A stretch of 64,000 nt of DNA. It comes from a phage. Below, in pieces: positions 47,390-57,335 of the stretch; position 1 is the first letter of the stretch; each line of letters starts with the position of its first letter. The position numbers were made by a program, and so were the translations under genes. Under the pieces are notes generated by a model. The model saw nothing but the letters and a program-made list of their open reading frames with translations. It made no database searches and was not told the DNA's origin. The stretch is from the sequence record PZ452594.1; one strand, 5' to 3'.

Positions 47390-49203
47390 TGGTGTTTAAC
47401 CCTATGCATGATTTCTTTATTTTTACCGAGATTAAATCCGCGTTCGTTTGGATTTCCCAAATAACCACATGTTCTTCTTATGGTGTTCATCTTTTTAGGA
47501 TCAGTTTCTCCACAAATAGAACAAACAAATCCGTTTTCAGTAGGAGTCATTTCATGGGTACTTCCACATGTAAAACATTTATCTACTGGCATATTAACAC
47601 CAAAATAATCTAAATGTTGTGCAGCATAATCCCATACGGCCTCAAGACCTTTTAAGTTATTTTTCATATCAGGAAGTTCAACATAAGAAATGTGACCACC
47701 TGTCGCAATGAAATGATATGACGCTTCACGAGAAATCTTTTCAAACGGAGTAATATTTTCTTCTACTGAAACATGGAAACTGTTAGTGTACCAGCCTTTA
47801 TCGGTAACATCTTTTACACTTCCATATTTTTCTGTATCAAGTTTACAGAAGCGATAACAAAGGTTTTCAGCAGGAGTCGAATATAAACTAAAAGCAAATC
47901 CAGTTCTTTCAGTCCACTGTTTAAGATGAGCATTCATTTTAGTTAAAATTTCTCGTCCAATATCACGACCGACAAGAATATTCAATTCGTGAATACCAAT
48001 GTATCCTAAAGACACTGAACTTCTACCGTTTTTAAATAACTCAATTATGTCGTCATCAGGTTTAAGACGAACCCCGAATGCACCTTCTTGGTAAAGAATA
48101 GGAGCAACAGTAGCTTTAACTCCTTTTAAGGAACTAATTCTACACATCAATGCTTCAAAACATAAATCCATTCGTTCATTAAATAGCTCAACAAATTTTT
48201 GTTCATTGAATTGTGTTCCAATATAAGAATCTAACGCGATGCGAGGAAGATTCAGTGTTACAACACCAAGATTATTACGTCCATCAAGAATTTCATTACC
48301 AGTCGAATCTTTCCATACGCTCAAGAAACTACGGCAACCCATTGGAGAAACAGGAACAGATGAACCAGTGATAGCTTTATTGTTCTTAGCTGAAATAATA
48401 TCAGGATACATCCTTTTGCTTGCACACTCTAGAGCAAGCTGCTTAATATCATAGTTCGGATCGTCTTTGTAAAGATTAACGCCTTCTTCGACGAACATAA
48501 CAAGCTTAGGAAAAATAGGAGTTATCCCATCACGACCGAGACCTTTAATACGATTTTTCAGAATTGCTTTCTGAATCATTCGTTCAGTCCAGTCAGTTCC
48601 CGTACCAAATGTAATTGTTACAAAAGGTGTTTGCCCGTTTGAACTAAAGAGAGTATTTACTTCATATTCATAAGCTTGGAATGCATCGTATACGTCTTTT
48701 TCTGTTTTAGATTGAGCATAATTCAACGCATCAGCGATTTGCCATTTTTCTGCATCCTCAATATGTTTTGCATAGGTGCGTTTAACATAAGGAGAAAGTA
48801 CTTTATCTACATTAGCAAAAGTCGTTCCGCCATATTGATGGGAAGCAACTTGCGCAGTAATTTGTGCCATAATTGCAGTAGCAACGCCAATTGATTTAGG
48901 AGTTTCAATCTGTGCATTACCAAGCTTAAATCCGTTCTCAAGCATTCCTTTTAAATCTACTAAACAGCAATTAGTAAATGGAAGAGCAGGGGAATAATCA
49001 ATATCATGGAAATGGATAATTCCGCTTTCATGCGCTTTCATAATAAAAGACGGGACCATATTTTTGGCAATGTGTTTAGACACAATACCAGCCATAAGGT
49101 CCCGTTGAGTTGGAAAAACACGAGAATCTTTATTAGCATTCTCGTTTAAAAGGTCTTTATTAGTTTTATGAATCAATCCTTCAATTTCTTTTTCAATTGT
49201 CAT
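47386..49203 (-). CDS. nrdD: anaerobic ribonucleoside-triphosphate reductase NrdD, intron-less (605 aa)
   Basis: Glycyl-radical motif RRTCGYLG and C-terminal zinc ribbon CFTCGS...CSICG in one continuous ORF. Confidence 0.93.
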   Translation of the reverse strand: MTIEKEIEGLIHKTNKDLLNENANKDSRVFPTQRDLMAGIVSKHIAKNMVPSFIMKAHESGIIHFHDIDYSPALPFTNCCLVDLKGMLENGFKLGNAQIETPKSIGVATAIMAQITAQVASHQYGGTTFANVDKVLSPYVKRTYAKHIEDAEKWQIADALNYAQSKTEKDVYDAFQAYEYEVNTLFSSNGQTPFVTITFGTGTDWTERMIQKAILKNRIKGLGRDGITPIFPKLVMFVEEGVNLYKDDPNYDIKQLALECASKRMYPDIISAKNNKAITGSSVPVSPMGCRSFLSVWKDSTGNEILDGRNNLGVVTLNLPRIALDSYIGTQFNEQKFVELFNERMDLCFEALMCRISSLKGVKATVAPILYQEGAFGVRLKPDDDIIELFKNGRSSVSLGYIGIHELNILVGRDIGREILTKMNAHLKQWTERTGFAFSLYSTPAENLCYRFCKLDTEKYGSVKDVTDKGWYTNSFHVSVEENITPFEKISREASYHFIATGGHISYVELPDMKNNLKGLEAVWDYAAQHLDYFGVNMPVDKCFTCGSTHEMTPTENGFVCSICGETDPKKMNTIRRTCGYLGNPNERGFNLGKNKEIMHRVKHQ

Positions 49204-49673
49204 TTTAAACTCTTTCTAAGCTGCTTCTTAAATGAAGCTATTAACTGTGTTTTAGTGTCAGATTCATTATATTCAAATCCTCTTTGAAGCATCTCAGCCA
49301 TCATTTCCTCTTTTCCTAAACGAGAAAATTCCTTTGATTTATCTCCAACGAAGTTAGGGTGAATATTATTTTGGGTGTAATCGGATTTTAAATAAGTAAG
49401 TAAATTTTCTAACCATTCAAGATAATCAACACCTTGTCCCTTTAAGCCAGAACGATTAAATTTATGCTTCATTTGACCTTCTGCGGCATTGCAGAGATTA
49501 CAAAGCAATCCACGTACCTTTCCTGCTTTTGGTCCATTTAATTCATGGTCATGATCAAGATGATTAGCTTGAACATCAGGATTTAGTTCTCGTTGGCAAA
49601 TTAAGCATTTACCATTTTGTGCATCATAAAATTTCTGTTTTTCTTCTTTATATAATTTGCCAGTCAATAACAT
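49200..49673 (-). CDS. 49: endonuclease VII gp49 (Holliday junction resolvase, 157 aa)
   Basis: MLLTGKLYKEEKQKFYDAQNGKCLICQRELNPDVQANHLDHDHEL... recognised as T4 endo VII. Confidence 0.92.
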   Translation of the reverse strand: MLLTGKLYKEEKQKFYDAQNGKCLICQRELNPDVQANHLDHDHELNGPKAGKVRGLLCNLCNAAEGQMKHKFNRSGLKGQGVDYLEWLENLLTYLKSDYTQNNIHPNFVGDKSKEFSRLGKEEMMAEMLQRGFEYNESDTKTQLIASFKKQLRKSLK

Positions 49674-49714
49674 AATAAACCCTTACCTTAAATAGATAAG
49701 GGTATTTATTATTT

Positions 49715-50200
49715 TCAAGTATTGTAAAACATTTGATTCAATCGCTTATATTGCCGAATCTTTTGGTCAGAAAAAGAAATTTGGGTTTCAAGCCATTCAA
49801 TATATTCTGCCGCAGCTTGCATCAAATTTCCTTCATAGCCATCGTTATTTTCTTGTGCAGCTAATTTAGCTAATGCGTATGAAATGCGTTCACCTTGAAA
49901 AGCGGCTTTAGGTTTATGAACAACTTGATTAGTTCGCTCTACAACTTCTTCAATTTCGCCATTTTCAATGGATTCAGTATTCCACAAGCACCAATACGTA
50001 ATTGGCTTATCGTAGATGTTAATAATCTTTCCATCAGAAAGTTCAATTTCAATAATTCCAGTGTCAGGCTCTATATCATCTTCACATTCTTTTGCAAGTT
50101 CACGAACTTTAAAGACAGTACCTGCACTAAGTTCCGGCCAGTAATTACACAGCCCTGTATCAGCACGATTAATTCTAAACCACTTATCTACTGTAATCAT
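49715..50200 (-). CDS. pin: Pin protease inhibitor-like (161 aa)
   Basis: Position after 49; 161 aa after moving start to ATG (MITVDKWF...); track ORF starts at TTG. Confidence 0.65.
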   Translation of the reverse strand: MITVDKWFRINRADTGLCNYWPELSAGTVFKVRELAKECEDDIEPDTGIIEIELSDGKIINIYDKPITYWCLWNTESIENGEIEEVVERTNQVVHKPKAAFQGERISYALAKLAAQENNDGYEGNLMQAAAEYIEWLETQISFSDQKIRQYKRLNQMFYNT

Positions 50201-50323
50201 GTCCCATCTCCATATCAATTAAGTCATTTATCGTTGGTTCATTATATACTGTTTCTTCATCAGTGTAAACCGGTTCTTCCGGCTCTGGCTCTACAGTTTC
50301 CCATCTAGCCGCCCACCAAGGTT

Positions 50324-50644
50324 TTATAGCGTAATCCATTCTCGTACTATCTGAGTTACTACACGTTCACGGGGCTCGACTAGTTCAACAGTCGGAACTG
50401 CATAATACCAGTCAGAATGATAAGAACCTGACCGAGATTCATTTACAGCCACATGTACATTATGTTTTGGACTAAAGTAAACACACTGACGATATTGACA
50501 TTTACCATCTTGCACCCAGTCTTCTATTTCGACAGGTTTAAGATAATCGGAAAAATCGAAATCATAGTTTTCCGAAAATGCATCATGGTCTTCAATGATT
50601 TCGCTCAGAACTGCATCAACATCTAATTTATTTTCAATAGTCAT
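50324..50644 (-). CDS. hypothetical protein (106 aa)
   Basis: ORF track; 49.x/pin-nrdC interval. Confidence 0.5.
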   Translation of the reverse strand: MTIENKLDVDAVLSEIIEDHDAFSENYDFDFSDYLKPVEIEDWVQDGKCQYRQCVYFSPKHNVHVAVNESRSGSYHSDWYYAVPTVELVEPRERVVTQIVREWITL

Positions 50645-50654
50645 TTTTCACCAA

Positions 50655-50864
50655 TTAATTTCGCAATTTATTAAGTTCTTCATCATCAATCCAGGATTCT
50701 AGTCCTGATGGCAAATCAGATTCAATTTCCCAAAGAAGTTCTTCAATTTTATGAAGACGATCTAGTTCTTCAGCAGGAATAGTAACCATTGACGGAGCTC
50801 TTGCTACATTAATATCGTAAATCATATTTACCCCAGTTTGACCATACAATCGCCGTATTTCCAC
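50655..50864 (-). CDS. hypothetical protein (69 aa)
   Basis: ORF track. Confidence 0.45.
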   Translation of the reverse strand: MEIRRLYGQTGVNMIYDINVARAPSMVTIPAEELDRLHKIEELLWEIESDLPSGLESWIDDEELNKLRN

Positions 50865-51043
50865 TTAGAAATAGACTTTTCACCATTAGAATAATAAACT
50901 TCAAGTTTAGCACGATTATTTTTAATTTGAATAACCTTGGCTGTCATCAAAGTTCCATACCCATAATAAACTGCAACTTCATCACCTACATATACCGCGC
51001 TTCCGCGGTAATCATGAATATAGTCAGTTCCTTCGAGCATCAT
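50828..51043 (-). CDS. hypothetical protein (71 aa)
   Basis: ORF track; ATGA overlap with nrdC. Confidence 0.45.
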   Translation of the reverse strand: MMLEGTDYIHDYRGSAVYVGDEVAVYYGYGTLMTAKVIQIKNNRAKLEVYYSNGEKSISKWKYGDCMVKLG

Positions 51044-51303
51044 TTAAAATATTCTCGCAGTTGGTCAAATCCACCAATATGACTTCCATCAGGAGCAAAT
51101 ACCTGGGGCATTGTCAAGCCGATTTGAGTATCACGACCTAGTTTAGTCAGAAGCTCAGCGATTTTCTCATCATCAAAAACACCTTTTTCCGGCATAATGT
51201 TGATAAATTCAAACGGCTGTTTCTTCACGGTCAAAAGACGTTTTGCATTATCGCAATACACGCATTTATGAATGTTGCTATCATAACCATATACTTTAAA
51301 CAT
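51040..51303 (-). CDS. nrdC: thioredoxin/glutaredoxin NrdC (87 aa)
   Basis: Active site CVYC; MFKVYGYDSNIHKCVYCDNAKRLL... recognised as T4 NrdC. Confidence 0.9.
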   Translation of the reverse strand: MFKVYGYDSNIHKCVYCDNAKRLLTVKKQPFEFINIMPEKGVFDDEKIAELLTKLGRDTQIGLTMPQVFAPDGSHIGGFDQLREYFK

Positions 51304-51304
51304 A

Positions 51305-51547
51305 TTATTCCTTAATTCCTAGTACTTGTTTAAAAGTCTCGTCGTAATCAAGACTTTGGCCCGTTTGTTCTTTATGTTTGTATATAATATCACTTACTTC
51401 TGATAGCATATTTTTATATGAACGAGTTAAAGCAGATTTAAGCACGCTGTATCTATCAGGAAATTTACCATGTTCATTATAATAAGCTATTGCTAATTCA
51501 CGGACTGCCTTTTCAGCAGCCTCCATATATTCTTTACGCTTGGTCAT
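51305..51547 (-). CDS. hypothetical protein (80 aa)
   Basis: ORF track; nrdC.x accessory stretch. Confidence 0.5.
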   Translation of the reverse strand: MTKRKEYMEAAEKAVRELAIAYYNEHGKFPDRYSVLKSALTRSYKNMLSEVSDIIYKHKEQTGQSLDYDETFKQVLGIKE

Positions 51548-51549
51548 TT

Positions 51550-51939
51550 TTAATCCAAAATATTATTAGGCATTGGTTGAACACTCACAAGTTCTTTAAA
51601 GAACTCAGTAGAGTCAGGCAATTTAACCATTTCCGGAGCATGCTTACTGAATTTATGTTTACATTGACGGCATTTATATTCAAGCTCTGGTTTACGCCAG
51701 TTAATCAACTGAACTTGTTCAGTACCGCATTCAGGGCAATTAGGAACGTTTTTAGAAGCTCTTTCACGTCGTTCAACCATAGCCATAATAGCATCCCATG
51801 CTGGAGGTTTAAAATCTAAATCGTCGCAGCCGTGAATCTTTCCACGCATTTCCATATCATCTTCCTCACCAGCCATAATAATTTTAATTAAACTGGAATT
51901 ACTTGAAGCTGCAATGTCTTCTAATAAACGCTTTTTCAT
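51550..51939 (-). CDS. zinc-ribbon protein (129 aa)
   Basis: CPECG...CRQCKHKF (CxxC-x17-CxxC); acidic N-terminal part. Confidence 0.5.
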   Translation of the reverse strand: MKKRLLEDIAASSNSSLIKIIMAGEEDDMEMRGKIHGCDDLDFKPPAWDAIMAMVERRERASKNVPNCPECGTEQVQLINWRKPELEYKCRQCKHKFSKHAPEMVKLPDSTEFFKELVSVQPMPNNILD

Positions 51940-52865
51940 TTCAATACCTCAATAGCATTACGTAAACCATTTGCTTTTGCATTAAGAGCTTTTAACAATT
52001 TGGTGTGTTCTGCAATTTGGGCTTCAACTTCAATCAAACGGGCATTGAGATATTCACGTTCTTCACTCAGATTATCAACCTTTTCTACTTTAGGCTCTTT
52101 TACAACTGTCTTATATGTATTAGGGTTCTTCAGTTTAATTAGAATGCGTGAACTGTATAACATTGAACCATTATCTTCGGTTTCGTCATACATTTCCACT
52201 ACGTCCATAATTTTTAACATCATGCGGAGTTTATAAGACAACGAACGAATAGTTTTGTTGTGCTTATTAATTTCTTTAGCTGTCATGGTGCCAAGATTAC
52301 GTGAGTAATAATAAGGAACCTGGATATTAATTAATACTGATGAACCACCTGGCTTGTGTGTTACTTCATCAGCAATAACCCAGTCCTTAACATGAACTGT
52401 ATTTGTACGGTCATCGCCCGCGGTAAATAGTTTGCGAGCATGCTTAAAAAGCATATTCACTTGGTCATTGAATTGACAAGCAAATTTATCAGCAAATTTA
52501 GTTTCAGGAATGGTAGAAAACCAATCAGCCAAATGAGTCTTTTTAACATCATTAACAATAGTAAATTCAACCAAATCGGTTATAGATGTCTCAGATTTAA
52601 TGAAGCTCGGCTTCATAAAGTTTTTAATGTTCTCATGAGCTACAGTAGAAGATAACATACGAGAACGTTTAAACCATTCAAGCAAATTGCCTAACGAATG
52701 AGAATAAGCGTTTTGAGTATCTTTACAGATATGATTTTCCTGACCAACATATTGAAGGAAATCACGAAGAATATTATTGATTACTGCTCTGTGTCCTATC
52801 TGATAATTACGATGTTTAGTAATAAGACTGTCAAAATAATCAATATAATGTTTACGAGTTTTCAT
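51936..52865 (-). CDS. hypothetical protein (309 aa) with C-terminal coiled coil
   Basis: ORF track; C-terminal heptad repeats ...[42 protein letters not shown]. Confidence 0.55.
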   Translation of the reverse strand: MKTRKHYIDYFDSLITKHRNYQIGHRAVINNILRDFLQYVGQENHICKDTQNAYSHSLGNLLEWFKRSRMLSSTVAHENIKNFMKPSFIKSETSITDLVEFTIVNDVKKTHLADWFSTIPETKFADKFACQFNDQVNMLFKHARKLFTAGDDRTNTVHVKDWVIADEVTHKPGGSSVLINIQVPYYYSRNLGTMTAKEINKHNKTIRSLSYKLRMMLKIMDVVEMYDETEDNGSMLYSSRILIKLKNPNTYKTVVKEPKVEKVDNLSEEREYLNARLIEVEAQIAEHTKLLKALNAKANGLRNAIEVLK

Positions 52866-52917
52866 GTTCTTCTCACTTGGTTAATGGTTTATACTCCGAG
52901 CCATCCTTGGCTTTAAA

Positions 52918-53916
52918 TTACTTAATTAACTGTAAAGCTTGTTCAAGACGATCAAGACGATTAACGGATTCTTCCCAAATCTTTTTAGCCTGCTCATATT
53001 CTTTCTGCGCTTTATTAGAAATTTCTAGAACTTCTTTATAAGCTTTTTCTAATGCAATAACTTCTGGACGAATTTCTACCGGTTCAGGTGAATCATCAAG
53101 ACATTCCATTAGTTCCTCAAGGGTAGTTTCTTCTTTAGGAGTATTCACAATTTCATCACATTTTTGTTGGTAAATTTCTTTACTAGTAGGTGAATAAGTA
53201 CATTTCACTTCACGAAGACTAACTACAATTTTATATCCTTCCCAACCGCATATATTCTTAAAAGGATATGTATGAATATTTTCTACTGTTTCCATACAGC
53301 CCAAAACCGCCTCTAATTGATAAGTTATAGTGCTAGCAATTGAGAAAAATTTATTAATATTCTTTTGGTTAGCGTTTGGTGTAAAAAATCCATAATTCAC
53401 AAAAATAGCTACTTTATTTTCATCAAGCTCATATTCTTTTACGATAATCATATCAGAAGCCAAAGGATGAATTTGACGATAATCGCCATAACATAATTTA
53501 GAAGCTGATTTTAGAATTTGTCCTTTGAAAAGTCTGAAATTACTAATCCAACGACGAGTAAAAATATTCTCAGGGTCTTCTTTATTAAGATGATAAGAAT
53601 TAACATCACCGAACCAATTATATCCTACTACATCTTTAGTTCGTTTAATTTCTTTCCCAAATTTACTAAGAATATCTCTGTTGACTAAGTATGAAAGAAG
53701 ACGAGACCCTTTAAAGGTTTTCTTAATGTCATCTTTATCTGTACGACTAGAAATTTCACGAACTTCATGAATAAATTTGCCGGAAGAAACAATACTTGCA
53801 TCAGTATTATTGAGCCATTGATTGATAATAGAAATCACACTATTCTGACTAGACATAGGTTTAACTTTATCATCAATAACGCTGTTGAACGATTTAATAT
53901 ATTCGTTGCGAGTCAT
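52918..53916 (-). CDS. hypothetical protein (~332 aa) with C-terminal coiled coil
   Basis: Track ORF 52918-53946; start moved to ATG with SD GAGGAG downstream of promoter; C-terminal ...KEYEQAKKIWEESVNRLDRLEQALQLIK. Confidence 0.55.
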   Translation of the reverse strand: MTRNEYIKSFNSVIDDKVKPMSSQNSVISIINQWLNNTDASIVSSGKFIHEVREISSRTDKDDIKKTFKGSRLLSYLVNRDILSKFGKEIKRTKDVVGYNWFGDVNSYHLNKEDPENIFTRRWISNFRLFKGQILKSASKLCYGDYRQIHPLASDMIIVKEYELDENKVAIFVNYGFFTPNANQKNINKFFSIASTITYQLEAVLGCMETVENIHTYPFKNICGWEGYKIVVSLREVKCTYSPTSKEIYQQKCDEIVNTPKEETTLEELMECLDDSPEPVEIRPEVIALEKAYKEVLEISNKAQKEYEQAKKIWEESVNRLDRLEQALQLIK

Positions 53917-53944
53917 ATTAATCTCCTCAGTAGAAAGTAAGAAC

Positions 53945-53974
53945 ATTATACCACATCCTTGTGGCGAAGTAAAC
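53945..53974 (-). promoter_or_regulatory. T4-type early promoter
   Basis: GTTTAC (rc 53969-53974), 18-nt spacer, TATAAT (rc 53945-53950). Confidence 0.45.
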
Positions 53975-54978
53975 TAGTTTAGTGCATTTAGTGCGTTGTT
54001 CAATTTAGAACGTTGCTTCGTGAGATTTTTTACTTTTTCTTGGGCTTTTTCTAGCATCTTTTCAGCTTCTAACACTTCATTAGTTGCTTTAACGAGTTCA
54101 TCATCTACTGCCTTGATAGACTTCTCAATCGCATCCGCGTGCCATTTTTCAACAGGTTTAAGACTCGGATTTTCAACAGGAAGAAAATTCACTTTATTGA
54201 ATTTCCATGCATCATTATTACCTGAACTATACATCCAAAATTTAGGATCGTTTGATGAGTAATTAGTTTGGGGTTCAGGTTTTTTCTCTTGTGTAACTTC
54301 GTCCTTTCTCAAAAAATCATATTTAAATGAAACGATCATATCAAGTTCATATGTTGTCGTATCTAATTTAAATCGTTCGAAATGCTGCGAAATCTTAGAT
54401 TGAACAGCAGCAACAACATCCATATACTTAAATGCTTCTGTCAGCTGTGATTTAAGACATTCACAAATTGAAAGAGAATTTTTTGTATTAGGTTTAAAGC
54501 TAATTCGTGCAGTTCTATTATTTTCTTTAGATGGTCTTACTTCCATCTGAAGAGTATAACCATCAAATTTCAGATTCTTTAAGTTAATATCAGAACCTTT
54601 TAATCGACTAGCCGTCGACAAAATTTGCTTTAATTGTTTACGGAATAGAGCAATAAATCTCCATTCAATACGATAATGATTTGGATTGAAAAATCCAGAT
54701 GATAAATCGACCTTACTCTGACCAACACCTTGAACAAATAGAGGATTTTTATAATCAATAGTTTTACAGAAATCGGTGAGCTGCTCACGAGCAGTCATTT
54801 GTGTAATATACCCCGCTTTACTAAAATGACGTAACCATTCACTGCTATTCATATATTTAAAGTGAATATCACGATTAACTTTATCAGGGTCTAAATTATT
54901 TTGGCACAAAAATGTCATAACATCGCGAGTATAGCTGGCATTACGAACCATATCTTCAATTTGAGAACGAGTTTTCAT
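53974..54978 (-). CDS. hypothetical protein (334 aa) with C-terminal coiled coil
   Basis: ORF track; C-terminal ...LVKATNEVLEAEKMLEKAQEKVKNLTKQRSKLNNALNALN. Confidence 0.55.
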   Translation of the reverse strand: MKTRSQIEDMVRNASYTRDVMTFLCQNNLDPDKVNRDIHFKYMNSSEWLRHFSKAGYITQMTAREQLTDFCKTIDYKNPLFVQGVGQSKVDLSSGFFNPNHYRIEWRFIALFRKQLKQILSTASRLKGSDINLKNLKFDGYTLQMEVRPSKENNRTARISFKPNTKNSLSICECLKSQLTEAFKYMDVVAAVQSKISQHFERFKLDTTTYELDMIVSFKYDFLRKDEVTQEKKPEPQTNYSSNDPKFWMYSSGNNDAWKFNKVNFLPVENPSLKPVEKWHADAIEKSIKAVDDELVKATNEVLEAEKMLEKAQEKVKNLTKQRSKLNNALNALN

Positions 54979-54986
54979 GGTGTTCC

Positions 54987-55895
54987 TTAAGATTTAAGTA
55001 AATCAACAATTTTAATTAATTTTTCACGTTCAGATTTAGCTTTACTACTCAGTCCAGATAGTCTGAAAATTTCATCGTCATATTGTTGAATAGAAATATT
55101 CAGCTCTTCAATTTGCTTATTAAAATAATCAATTTGTTCAGAATGTTTTTCGTTACTACGAACTGGTACAGGTTTTGTAGGAAATTTAGTTAAACTGGAT
55201 TCATCCGGGCGATAAATTAAAATGCAATTTGAACCAATCGGGCATTTAGCACCAGATGAATATTCTAACGTTCCAGCTTCTTTTAAAACTTCAAAAGCTA
55301 AACAGAGATGATGCCCCATATTAACATAATCTGTAGAGCGAGCTCTGATATAATAATCATCGCCGCGAATACTAAATTTAAAGCATTTAAGGTCTTCTGT
55401 ATTATTGGTCTTAAAAATCATTTGTTTATCTAGACCTTTAGCTAATCGAGCGCCTAATGCTAATAATCGTCGTTGATTTTCCCACAAATCCGCAATCATT
55501 TGATCGAATGACAATTTCGGCATTAGTCTACCATAAAGGTCATATCCTTTATTATAATTGCGAAGAATTTCACTCGCGTTAATACGAGACAACGCTCCAA
55601 TTTTATTAAGGGCTTTCATGATGCGATTAGATAAACCCATTCCAGACCCGTTTGTTCGCTGTAAATGTTTTTCTAATCCAAATCCAATATCAACTTTAAA
55701 CTTATCTAAAATTTCTGCATGAACATCTCTGTCAATAACATTCAAATCCAAAGTTGGGTTAAATCTATGAAAAAATTTATCTGGCTCTCCACGACGAAGT
55801 ACAGTCCATTCATTCAATTTTTTATTAACTAAAGATTTAATTACTGCATTGACATTATTAATTACTACTGACATATTTTCCTCACTCAATTTCAA
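54987..55895 (-). CDS. hypothetical protein (302 aa) with C-terminal coiled coil
   Basis: ORF track; C-terminal ...QIEELNISIQQYDDEIFRLSGLSSKAKSEREKLIKIVDLLKS. Confidence 0.55.
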   Translation of the reverse strand: MKLSEENMSVVINNVNAVIKSLVNKKLNEWTVLRRGEPDKFFHRFNPTLDLNVIDRDVHAEILDKFKVDIGFGLEKHLQRTNGSGMGLSNRIMKALNKIGALSRINASEILRNYNKGYDLYGRLMPKLSFDQMIADLWENQRRLLALGARLAKGLDKQMIFKTNNTEDLKCFKFSIRGDDYYIRARSTDYVNMGHHLCLAFEVLKEAGTLEYSSGAKCPIGSNCILIYRPDESSLTKFPTKPVPVRSNEKHSEQIDYFNKQIEELNISIQQYDDEIFRLSGLSSKAKSEREKLIKIVDLLKS

Positions 55896-56289
55896 TTTTA
55901 CTAAATACGCAGAATATGATGGAAAAGACTATATAAGCACCGCATACAGATTGAACTAATACCATTCCAAAGAACCAAACAATATTATCAAACAATGTCT
56001 GTTTTACGTCGAAAGGACGTAAACTTACAGTAATATTATCGCCTTTTTCTATTGATGAATACATCTCTGGGGAAATATATTCGCTAAATCTATAACCGTC
56101 TTTGAGTTCATATACGGCAATAAACGATAAACTAGACCCCTTTCCTTGAGTTCCTGTAAGGGTATTAACTACAGTAACATCATAATCTTTATAATGCATA
56201 TAATCATTAATTGCGTAATAACCATATGCAATTACTATACATAAACAACATATCAATAAATTCAATCTTTTAATTATCAACTGTTTCAT
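55882..56289 (-). CDS. membrane protein (135 aa)
   Basis: Hydrophobic segments at both ends (LLICCLCIVIAYGYYAI; VWFFGMVLVQSVCGAYIVFSIIFCVF). Confidence 0.5.
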   Translation of the reverse strand: MKQLIIKRLNLLICCLCIVIAYGYYAINDYMHYKDYDVTVVNTLTGTQGKGSSLSFIAVYELKDGYRFSEYISPEMYSSIEKGDNITVSLRPFDVKQTLFDNIVWFFGMVLVQSVCGAYIVFSIIFCVFSKIEIE

Positions 56290-56318
56290 AATAATCTCAA
56301 TTAAAAGGGCTTAGAACC

Positions 56319-56343
56319 ATTATACCATCCTTGGTATAAAGCG
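56319..56343 (-). promoter_or_regulatory. MotA-dependent middle promoter
   Basis: Minus sense cGCTTTA (MotA box), 12-nt spacer, TATAAT (rc 56319-56324); 30 nt upstream of ORF 55882-56289. Confidence 0.4.
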
Positions 56344-56344
56344 G

Positions 56345-56872
56345 TTATGCGAGTACCGTCTTTAACCGTTCTTCAAACTTCCGAAGAGTATTCTGGCGTT
56401 CAGCTCTTTGCTTTTTGTAAGTTTCAATACGCTCTGAAATGAGAGTGTATCGTTCATTTACTGATTCTTTCATAAAATCAGGAATTTCACGAGAAGCTTT
56501 AATCTCGTCAAATTTATCAATAACAGCTTGCTCTTCAGCAATTAAGTTATCATACATCAAAATATCTTTCTTGATGAACTCAATATCTTCTTGAGTTACA
56601 CGAGATAATTTAGATGCTTTATCCTTTTTGTACTGTTCGTTAGTATCACGAGACCAGTGTAATGTACGATTTTTATTCGTATTCTTATAAATTTCTACAA
56701 TACCAATCTCATCAATAATAACGATCCAATTCCAACGGGATTTGTAAATTTGTCCTCCATCAACAGTGATTTCACCTCCGATTGAGATGTCATTAAAGAA
56801 CTTGCTTTGTGCTTCAGATTTAAATTTACCATCATTGTAGTTTACCAAGTTGAAAATATCTTTAGCATTCAT
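56345..56872 (-). CDS. hypothetical protein (~175 aa), coiled-coil C-terminus
   Basis: Track ORF 56345-56932; start moved to ATG (MNAKDIFNLV...) downstream of promoter cassette, SD GGAGGAACA. Confidence 0.5.
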   Translation of the reverse strand: MNAKDIFNLVNYNDGKFKSEAQSKFFNDISIGGEITVDGGQIYKSRWNWIVIIDEIGIVEIYKNTNKNRTLHWSRDTNEQYKKDKASKLSRVTQEDIEFIKKDILMYDNLIAEEQAVIDKFDEIKASREIPDFMKESVNERYTLISERIETYKKQRAERQNTLRKFEERLKTVLA

Positions 56873-56899
56873 TTTTGTTCCTCCGTAGTTGATAGTTGT

Positions 56900-56929
56900 A
56901 TAGTACCACAGAGGAACAGTCTTGTAAAC
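56900..56929 (-). promoter_or_regulatory. T4-type early promoter (cassette copy)
   Basis: GTTTAC (rc 56924-56929), 18-nt spacer, TACTAT (rc 56900-56905); 52-bp block identical to 30961-31012. Confidence 0.5.
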
Positions 56930-56931
56930 CA

Positions 56932-57246
56932 CTAAAAGAAACTTCTTTCACAATTTTTTCCACTGAACCAAGCGCTCACTGCTTTCTTAGTCTCAGGAGC
57001 AGTGTTATCCATAAACCATTCAAAGGCAGCCTTTTTATGATTCTGGAGGGCTTCTCGGGCTTTAATCTGCTCACGGTCTATTAACACTAACATATGAGCC
57101 TTTCTTGTCACCAAGGGCTTCTTATGATTCTTGGAGTATTCCCAGTCATTTGTCCAACGCATTGTCGTTGCGAACTGATGAACCGCGTCTTTAATTTTAG
57201 TTTCGTAAATTTCACGAGCCTTTGAGTATAACATCACTACCTCCAT
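56932..57246 (-). CDS. hypothetical protein (104 aa)
   Basis: ORF track. Confidence 0.4.
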   Translation of the reverse strand: MEVVMLYSKAREIYETKIKDAVHQFATTMRWTNDWEYSKNHKKPLVTRKAHMLVLIDREQIKAREALQNHKKAAFEWFMDNTAPETKKAVSAWFSGKNCERSFF

Positions 57247-57335
57247 TTACCAGTTTAATTCTAATCATCTTTTTGATGGCAGTCCATATAATCTATTTCT
57301 GAACTGCCTTTTTGTCATAGAAGTCCTCTTATGAA

